A stretch of 64,000 nt of DNA from Octopus vulgaris. Lineage: Eukaryota. Below are positions 54,788-64,000 of the stretch, piece after piece. The stretch is taken from NCBI GenBank assembly GCA_951406725.2, contig OX597820.1:113894001-113958000 (forward strand), in the 5' to 3' direction. Position 1 is the stretch's first letter. Each line of letters starts with the position of its first letter. The notes beneath the pieces were generated by a model that did not search any database, was not told the DNA's origin, and saw only the letters and a list, made by a program, of their open reading frames with translations. Made by a program: the position numbers and the translations under genes.

Positions 54788-55182
54788 GACGCAGGAGTGG
54801 CTGTGTGGTAAGTAGCTTGTCTACCAACCACATGGTTCCGGGTTCAGTCCCACTGCGTGGCATCTTGGGCAAGTGTCTTCTACTATAGCCTTGGGCCGAC
54901 CAAAGCCTTGTGAGTGGATTTGGTAGATGGAAACTGAAAGAGGCCCGTCGTATATATGTATAAGCATGTGTGTGTTTGTGTGTCTGTGTTTGTCCCCTAG
55001 CATTGCTTGACAACCAATGCTGGTGTGTTTATGTCCCCGTTACTTAGCGGTAAGTAAAGAGACCGATAGAATAAGTACTGGGCTTACAAAAGAATAAGTC
55101 CCGGGTCGAGTAGCTCGATTAAAGGTGGTGCTCCAGCATGGCCGCAGTCAAATGACTGAAACAAGTAAAAGAGTAAGAGTAA
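54788..55182 (+). mobile_element. CORE-like tRNA SINE
   Basis: Same family as 22030. Confidence 0.85.
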
Positions 55183-55411
55183 TATATATACATACATATA
55201 CGTATATACATATATATGTATACATTCATATACATATATATATACATTCATATACATATACATACATATACACACATATACATAGATATATATATATACA
55301 TACATATACTTATATATATACACATACATATACATACATATATATATACATACATATACATATATACATACACATACATATACATACATATATATATATA
55401 CATACATATAC

Positions 55412-55444
<33 letters not shown>

Positions 55445-55517
55445 CACACATATATATATATATACACATATATATATACACACACACATATATATATATA
55501 TACATATATATATACAC

Positions 55518-55572
<55 letters not shown>

Positions 55573-55790
55573 AATATATATACATACATATATATATATA
55601 CATACATACATATATATATACATACATATATATATACATACATATATATATACACATACATATGTATATATACATATATATACATACATACATATATATA
55701 CATACATATACTTACATATAGATATACATACATACACATATAGATATACATACATATACATATATATATATATACATACACACACACACG

Positions 55791-55820
<30 letters not shown>
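55183..55820. repeat. Compound TA/CA microsatellite
   Basis: Low-complexity tract; similar tracts at 53980-54180 and 54480-54787. Confidence 0.95.
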
Positions 55821-55824
<4 letters not shown>

Positions 55825-55862
55825 TAAATGGAGTTTAATGTAGGTGTTATTGTAATTCTTTT

Positions 55863-55951
55863 ACTTCCAACACCTGTTTCGATGATATCACTGATATTAT
55901 TCCAAATGAATAAAATAGTGTAAAACAATGTAATCTTCTCTTCAGGCAAGT
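55863..55951 (-). ncRNA. Type-I hammerhead motif with long stem II insert
   Basis: acttgc CTGAAGA ga...(about 54 nt)...tc GAAA ca gg tg TT ggaagt. Confidence 0.5.
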
Positions 55952-56155
55952 GAAAAAATGAAATATATCAATAAGACATTTTAACAAAAAATGATGGATA
56001 TGTATAGTAATTAACTGAACGCTATTAATATTGTTTAGAAAAAGTTATAGGGAAAAATACACACATCTATTTATATAAACATATATATAAACATATATAC
56101 ACACACATATATATATACATATATATAGACATATATATATACACATATATATATA

Positions 56156-56669
56156 TCTCTCTATATAAACGGCAGTTTGTCTGTCTGTGTGTCTGTCAGG
56201 TTGTACCCTCACCCTGACCATGGCTTTCAACCGATTCTGATGAAACTTGACATACACATAGCCCAATGTCATAATTCAAAACTAACGCAGCGAAAATTTT
56301 GAAAAGTTCCCCCAGTTCTGAAAAAAATCGATAAACTCAACATGGGGTCGAGAATCTAAGCTTTTTATATGCAACATATTTTCTGTTGTAGTTTTCGCAA
56401 CTTGCAATCGATTTTCACCAAACTTATGGTGAAGCTTAATGTTACCCTAAGAAACTTAATTCTGACATTAGTTTTCCATGCAATACCTTACCATCAGAAA
56501 AAATCGATAAAATCATGCCATTTTGGGAAATCGCGTTCAAATTCAAGATGACATATTTTTCAACAATATCTTTCTCAAATTGGCAGGAATTTTTTTTAAA
56601 TTCACAGCGAGCATCATGTCTGCTCCAGGGGCTCTTACATACCCGGGCAATGCCGGGCTATGCTGCTAG
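56156..56669 (+). mobile_element. Non-autonomous Helitron-like element (third family)
   Basis: 5' tctctctatataaacgg, hairpin cccgggcaatgccggg, 3' CTAG|T. Confidence 0.72.
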
Positions 56670-57612
56670 TATACATATATAGTACAAAGTAAGATAAGGG
56701 TTATGAAAGTAACCCACTATGGGATATCAGTTATCTAATATACTGCTATCCAAGTTTTAACATAAAAATTAATGTACTTTTAGTCAACATTTTATTTGGT
56801 TTAGATAAACTATTATGATCAGTTTAACTAACTTTCTGACCCCATATTGTTTTGAAACGGGCCTAATGGATGCGTTTAAATGAATTAGCCAATTGGAAAT
56901 AGTTCAAGAATTTACGTGACCACTCCCTAAACCCTAATATATTTGAAATATTTAATATGTATAGGTTAAATAGCCAATAATTTAAATGACTGCTCCCTAA
57001 CCCCCAATATAATTTTAAATATCTTTATATATTTAATATGCATACTTTAACGCAAACCTTGGACTAAATTAAACTTGGACATGGAGTTTAAGTTACTACT
57101 ATGTTTTTTAAAAATTAAATTTATTTGATTATGTGGATGTATTAATTTTAATATCCATATAACAAGAATGTAAACATTGTGAAATCTAATATGCATATTT
57201 TGTGGAACTGACCTTACCTGGACTTGTAATTCGGACTGAATGTTTTGGATTCTAGAATTTAACTTATTCGTGTTAAGCGGATGCGTGAAGTATTATTTAG
57301 ATTATGTTTGTATAATATATTCATACGCAAATATCTTGTTTGTGCATATGTGTATATATATATGTGTATGTGTGAATATTTATACTTAGTACCTTATTTC
57401 ATGAATTTTTGTTATGTTGTTTAGTATTATCGTTAAAACAACAATACTGTTGGTACTGTTAAAAGTGGTAGTATATATACATTAGAATCCACTTACTGGA
57501 CTATACAAAGCATGATAATCCAATGTAATGTGATATATGGTTCAATGTTGTTCTTTATGTATTTTGCACATGTGATTACTATGTATGTATATTTGTATAT
57601 TTTATATGTGGT

Positions 57613-57651
<39 letters not shown>

Positions 57652-57756
57652 TTTGAATATTTGTTGTATTATTTATTTTCTTGTTTTTATTGGATAGTAA
57701 GTGAAGCATGTTTTTTATATATCAATATTATTATTATACTTTTCTAGTTATGTATA

Positions 57757-57888
57757 TCCTCTGATGAGGCCTTTGGTTATTTAAACATACAAATATAATA
57801 TTTAATGCCTAGGACTATGTTACAATGGCATCTATAGGCAATTTAAGTTGAACTGACACTTAGCCATAGGCTGAAACAGCTGTAAGGA
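57757..57888 (+). ncRNA. Type-I hammerhead ribozyme motif with extended stem II
   Basis: tcct CTGATGA ggcct.tggtta ...(about 80 nt)... tagcca.aggct GAAA cagctg TA agga: canonical core, palindromic stem III, GUA triplet. Confidence 0.75.
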
Positions 57889-58051
57889 GCAGTTTATTTG
57901 TATTATCTTTATTTTTATTATTATACTATATATTGATGTATAATGTCTTGTTCGATTTTGATGTTCCCATTTGTATAATTAATAAATAATGTGAAATTGT
58001 AATATCCGCAAGTTGATGATCAAAATGAATTTGTTTCTCCATTTTCTTATT

Positions 58052-58054
<3 letters not shown>

Positions 58055-58087
<33 letters not shown>

Positions 58088-58805
58088 GTGTATGACTGAG
58101 CGCCGAGTCGAGTCGATTCGTTTCTTCTTCTCTAAGCTGGTTTTTATATATATATATATATATATACATACATGTATATATACATATATATATACACATA
58201 TATATACATACATATATCTACAAACATATATACACATACATCTATATGTACATATATATACACATATGAATATATATATAAATACATGTATACATATATA
58301 CACATATATATATACATATGTATATATATATATATATATGTATACATATATACACACACACACATATATATACATACATATATATATACATACATACATA
58401 TATGTATACATATATACATAAATATATGTATACACATATACATACATATATGTATATATATATGTATACATATATACATATATATATACATACATATATA
58501 TATATACATATATACATACATATATATATATATACATATATACATACATATATATATATATACATATATACATCTATATATATACACACATATATATATA
58601 CACACATACATACATCTATATATATACACACATATATATATACACACATACATACACATATGTATATATATACATATATCTATTTACATATATATATATG
58701 CATATGTATATACACATATATATATACATATATACACACATTTATATACATACATATATACACACATTTATATACTTACATATATACACACATTTATATA
58801 CTTAT

Positions 58806-58853
<48 letters not shown>

Positions 58854-58990
58854 GTACACACATATATATATATACATTTATATATACATACACATATATA
58901 CATGTATATATCCATATATATATACGCATAAAAAAATTGAAACTTACTTTTGTAAATGGTTATACAAACATAATTCTTCGTATAGATAGG

Positions 58991-59030
<40 letters not shown>
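58055..59030. repeat. Compound TA/CA microsatellite
   Basis: Low-complexity tract. Confidence 0.95.
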
Positions 59031-59032
<2 letters not shown>

Positions 59033-59728
59033 ATACTGCTTGACATAAACGGTGTACATTATGTATATATAGTTCTGAACATTAGTTTCAAACGAAATTC
59101 CTATCTAACGGCTACACACTAAATATCGTCTTCTAAGCTTCTTTATTTACAAATCAGGGTTCTATATATCTGTTATATACAAAGCATAATTCTACAGAAT
59201 GTTTATAGAGAAACCATAATTCTATATACTGCCTATTGTCTATATAAGCCATAATTCTATATATAGTGTCTGTATACAATACAGTTCTACATACTTTTTA
59301 TATACAAAAAAAAACATACATTTACGTACAAGTTATACGCAAAACATACAAGCATAAGCATGTTTTCTGAGAATAGTTTAATGAAAACATTTTATATGAA
59401 CACGATTTATATATATATATATATAAACATACGCATGTGGTTGTTCTTGTACATGTGTCAACGATGCAGTCCAATACAAATATATAATTACACAAGGATG
59501 TGTGTGGTGTAATGTTCAAGTGCATGTGGACATATGTACGAGCATATTTAATTCATATACAATATATATATATACACACACATATATATACACCCACACA
59601 CACACATATATATATATATATATGTATGTATGTATGTAAACACCGACTGCGTGTATAAGGGATACATATGTGTAGGTTTCCCTTCCTTTCATTGCATATA
59701 TAAATATTCATTAAAAAAACCCACTTAC

Positions 59729-59870
59729 AATCGTAACAGTTTTCATTGCCACAGTATAAGCCTTCGATGTAGGCGCTGGCAACAGAGAAGCTACACAACA
59801 AAAGTATCCAAATGCTGGTGGAATATTGGCAGTTCCGATGCGAGCTGTTCAAGCCGGCAGCCGCTGCCAT
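59729..59870 (-). CDS. DNAJC25: DNAJC25 homolog, coding exon 1 (signal-peptide-like segment and start of J-domain)
   Basis: ATG at 59870; MAAAAGLNSSHRNCQYSTSIWILLLCSFSVASAYIEGLYCGNENCYD plus 1 nt. GLYCG..NCY is the characteristic DNAJC25 N-terminal motif. GTAAGT donor at 59728, phase 1. Confidence 0.93.
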
Positions 59871-59940
59871 GTTGTCACTGAGCAACGTCAGGACAGCCTC
59901 GATCTGGTCGCACCCCACAACATACAACTTCCGGTTGTCA
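59860..59940 (-). promoter_or_regulatory. Candidate proximal promoter/5'UTR motifs of DNAJC25
   Basis: CCGGAAGT (ETS/GABP-type site) at 59927-59934 on the minus strand, and AACATGGCAGCGGC (YY1/Kozak-like) over the ATG, in a locally GC/CpG-richer patch. Confidence 0.4.
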
Positions 59941-60017
59941 AGACAAGTTTCCTCTTTGCCGATGTGTCTCATAAACATTGCAACCAACAAGCAAATCAAT
60001 GTACGTACGCACACACG

Positions 60018-60061
<44 letters not shown>

Positions 60062-60205
60062 GTCGAGCAATTCGACCCCACGACTTATTCTTTGTAAGCC
60101 TAGTACTTATTCTATATTCTTATTCTTTTAGTATGTGACCTCGTCTGTATCACTAGCGATTTTTTTCCCCCTGTCTTCCCTTCTCGGGATCTTTCCTTCT
60201 CCTAT

Positions 60206-60240
60206 GTTTCCGACGAAGAGCTCCGCTCGAAACGTCAAAC
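60206..60240 (+). ncRNA. Minimal hammerhead motif (U4C change)
   Basis: gttt CCGACGA a gagc tcc gctc GAAA cg TC aaac; perfect stems, GUC triplet. Confidence 0.6.
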
Positions 60241-60338
60241 CCTCCTTCTTCCCTTCTTTCCTGAGCGTCCAATAATACTTTATTTGTTCCACGTCCTTGT
60301 GTTGTTGTTTTTTTGTTTTTGTTTTCTTGTTTGGATTA

Positions 60339-60393
<55 letters not shown>

Positions 60394-60482
60394 AGAGTTT
60401 ACAAAAAAAAAATAAAAGACGAAGACAGGTGGTGTACAAAACAAACAGATTTATTAGTATAACGCTCAGGAATAGAAAAAGT

Positions 60483-60518
60483 CTTTTACGTTTCGAGCCT
60501 ACGCTCTTCTACAGAAAG
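60483..60518 (-). ncRNA. Hammerhead-like motif with CUGUAGA core
   Basis: cttt CTGTAGA a gagc gtag gctc GAAA cg TA aaag; perfect stems. Confidence 0.6.
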
Positions 60519-60686
60519 GGACACAGAAAAAACAAGGAGAGAGAAAAAATGTTTGTAGTGGCTAACGATCTATCATATATATATGTATCATGAAACGATC
60601 TTAGTATTTTTACTCTTTATCTTATATTAATCTTTTAATACTTTTTGATAGTTTAAAAAATAAATAAATAAAATAATAATAAATAA

Positions 60687-60725
<39 letters not shown>

Positions 60726-60909
60726 AAATTTATAACTTTAATTTATTAATTTAAATGATTTTAAAAAATTTAAACTTTAATTTAAATATTTTAATTGGAT
60801 TTTTATATTTTATATTTTTAAATTAATTTTATTTCTATGTATTGGCTTATGATTTTCATTGTTTGATTTGCCTAATAGTGGTTTTATCTCTAATTTATAT
60901 ATATATATA

Positions 60910-60960
<51 letters not shown>

Positions 60961-61036
60961 GTTGAGTTGTGGGGTATCGCACGAGTGGGATTATATATGA
61001 AAAAAGGTTTGAAAATGCAATTTAAACGATGTTCAT

Positions 61037-61081
61037 TTACTTAACCGGTTTCACTCTTTGGTAAAAGATTGTCAAAAGTAA
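61037..61081 (-). ncRNA. Hammerhead-like motif with U3-A8 covariation
   Basis: ttactt TTGACAA tcttt tacc aaaga gt GAAA ccgg TT aagtaa; 6-bp stem I, palindromic stem III. Confidence 0.55.
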
Positions 61082-61639
61082 CATTGAATATTATGGGTTC
61101 AAAAAAAGTTTTTTACATAATTGTCACATTGAATATTATGAATTCAAAAATGTTTTTTTATACATAATTGTCACATTACATGTATAAATATAGTATAAAA
61201 AAGTTCAATAGTGTGATGAGAATATTTGGAAAAATTGGCAGAAAAGAATAAAACAAATATATTATTGGAAATTTGGTTGCGTTAATTATTGGTTGTCGCA
61301 AATTGTCACATTACATGTATATATATACAGTCTTTGGTAGAAAGGACATGTTAAAGACATAAGGAAGTGTAATAGTTTGGTGAGAAAGCTTGTAATATTG
61401 ACAGAGAAAATTAAAATGGATATTTTAGACATCTCAGAATATTTTGAATCGAAGGCGAGAATTTGTTTATTACTGACCTGTTTGTTTTAGCAGAAAAGTT
61501 GAATTGAGAGAAAAAAAGATATGTACCCAGTTTGGTTTATACTTCCCCTTCAAGCATCAGTGATTTTGGGGTTATTGGGAGGTGAGTATGCGGGTGTGAA
61601 TAGATGTGTCCATGTGCCTGCTGGTCAGACAGCGTCTGT

Positions 61640-62940
61640 TTGTCACACACATATATACATACACACACAACAACAATACACACACACACATAGTATACAC
61701 ACACACACCACATACACACAACACACACACACAGAACACACACACACACAACGCACCCACATATAAAATATATACACACAGCACACAAATATAACATGTA
61801 TTTATATATAATATACACACATATATAACACATACACACACAAGACACACACACACACACACACACACAACACACGTACACATATATACATAATATAAAT
61901 ATCACACAAATACACCTAGCATATATATACATACAATACACATACACAGCATATATATAACACACACAATATATACATATAACATACATACGCAATACAT
62001 ACATATAATATATATATAGACAATGCATATACATATATACATATATACATATAAATAGTGTTTACATACAATGCATACACATACACGTACGCATACATAT
62101 AATATATATAGACACACACACACATAACATACATACACAATGCATACATATATATACACGCAACGTATATACATGTATTCATGTATATATAGCACACTTA
62201 CAATATACATATATACAATGCACACATACACACATATATACACTTAATTGTACACATACATATACAATACACATACATACAATATACATATACACAATGC
62301 GCATGCAAATAATGCACATGTTTATACACACATATACATGAAAATATATATACACACACACACATACACACACACATATATATACACATATACATACATA
62401 CATACATGCACATACATACATACATACATGCACATACATATATTTTTTCACACACATATACACACACATATATATATAAAATTCACACACACACCCACAC
62501 ACACAAAATACAAACCTATAGCGTACACACTCAAATATATCTCTACATACCGCACACACACACAAACAATGTACTCACATATACACACATACCATGCATA
62601 TACACACACAGCACACACACATATACATATATATATATAAAAACAAATACACATGTAAATGCATACACACGTACACAATGCTCACACACACACACACACA
62701 TACACACACACACGCACACAGTGCACACACACACACACACATATATACACACGTGCACACACACACACAACGCGCGCACACACACACACATACACACACG
62801 CACACAGTGCACACACACACACACACATACATATACACACGCGCACACACACACACACAACGTGCACACTCACACACACACACACACAACACTCACACAC
62901 ATACATAACCTACATATATATAATGCATGCGTGTGCATGC
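61640..62940. repeat. Degenerate CA/TA microsatellite
   Basis: Low-complexity tract. Confidence 0.95.
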
Positions 62941-63271
62941 CACGTATGTGTGCGGTCAATGCCCGCTAGTGTGTCCTATGCGTGCCGATGCGCGCATGTG
63001 CCCACCCGCATGATATGCTGTGAGTGTGCCTGCTCTGGATGTGTGCCCAGGGGGTATGTTAGAGTATGTTTAGTTGTGGTCTGTATTTTTGAATAAGATT
63101 ACTTTCCTTATTTATTCGTGTTTGGTCTGTGGTGTTGTCCGAGCATTGGTATAGTGGGAAGACTAAGAATTTGGGGGACTTATTGTGTGCACAAAGGTCT
63201 AAGTGTCCACTTAGTGGTATCTGTCTTGTGGAGGGGTACCACCACATAAGGCCACCTCCAACAGATGCAGG

Positions 63272-64000
63272 ATGGCCACCACAGACACCAACACACACAC
63301 CACAAAAATATTTCTACTGAATGTAGGAGGGCTGCTGCGCGGAAACTGTAAAAAGAAAATTTCATTCCTGAGAGACCTTGTGACATGCAATCAAGCTATA
63401 TGCATGGCACTCATAGAAACGCATCTTGAACCCGATATAGGTGATGCAGAAATACACATGCCGCAATATGCAGTCATACGCACAGATAGAAAAGGGAGGA
63501 GCCATGGTGGAGTTGCAATGTACATCCAAGATGACCTCACGCCCCAGGTCCTGCTGTCATATTCAAACTCAGTATGTGAAACTCAAATTGTACACATAAG
63601 ACAACTGAATATCGTCATATGCACTACATATCGCCCACCAGATGCCCCAAAACACTCAGGCATGTTTGAAGACTGCCTAACAAAAATAGGAGAAGTCCTC
63701 ACCAACCTTGAACAGCACAACAGTGTATTCTTCATGGGTGACTTTAACCTCCCCAATGTGGAATGGCCTGGGGGGCAGATGCTCCCAGGGATGACACACC
63801 ATCAGCAGGCACAGGTGGAGTCCCTGCTCCATCTCACAAATGCCTCTTTCATGGAGCAAATAGTTCTGCAACCAACAAGGGCAGATAATATACTGGATCT
63901 CTGCTTCACAAACAATATGGATATTATCCATAATGTTAATGTGATGCCGACAATGATCTCGGATCACAACATAATAGAGCTGTCTATGTATGGAACAAAA
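63272..64000 (+). mobile_element. LINE ORF2 N-terminus: APE endonuclease (CR1/L2-group-like), open to window end
   Basis: ATG at 63272; MATTDTNTHTTKIFLLNVGGL...ALIETHL...RTDRKGRSHGGVAMY...TYRPP...MGDFNLP...PTRADNILDLCFTN...ISDHNII; no stop in 243 codons. Confidence 0.92.

Larger units (their letters stand above)
60130..60577. mobile_element. Two ~200-bp hammerhead-carrying elements, tail-to-tail across a (TA)n tract
   Basis: 60130-60345 (+) matches the 12001 family; 60391-60577 (-) matches the 16136 family. Confidence 0.7.

Noticed and set aside
59553-60038. 161-aa ORF as a single-exon gene or N-terminal extension
   Set aside because: It begins in a (TG)n tract and reads through the GTAAGT donor; only 59729-59870 is homolog-like.

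Overview
AT-rich, repeat-dense eukaryotic DNA. The mix of RTE LINEs, tRNA-derived CORE-like and Nin/Deu-like SINEs and long (TA)/(CA) microsatellites suggests a cephalopod, probably Octopus (inference). One host gene spans most of the window: an 11-exon DNAJC25 homolog on the minus strand. Its CDS (7687..59870) is 1041 nt / 346 aa, reconstructed by hand with GT-AG introns and consistent phases, and includes a 29-nt micro-exon. The rest is mobile DNA: RTE LINE copies with a PHD finger inside the RT, other RTE and R4/Dong-like fragments, a mariner relic, Helitron-like and piggyBac-like non-autonomous elements, many SINEs, and an uninterrupted APE endonuclease ORF at the right edge. The least obvious signal is about 11 type-I hammerhead-ribozyme motifs of the Penelope-like kind, several with variant cores (CUGUAGA, UUGANAA). 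Two of them sit back-to-back in a perfect 132-bp palindrome, and several are sense to the DNAJC25 pre-mRNA. Most ORF-track entries are microsatellite or repeat artefacts.
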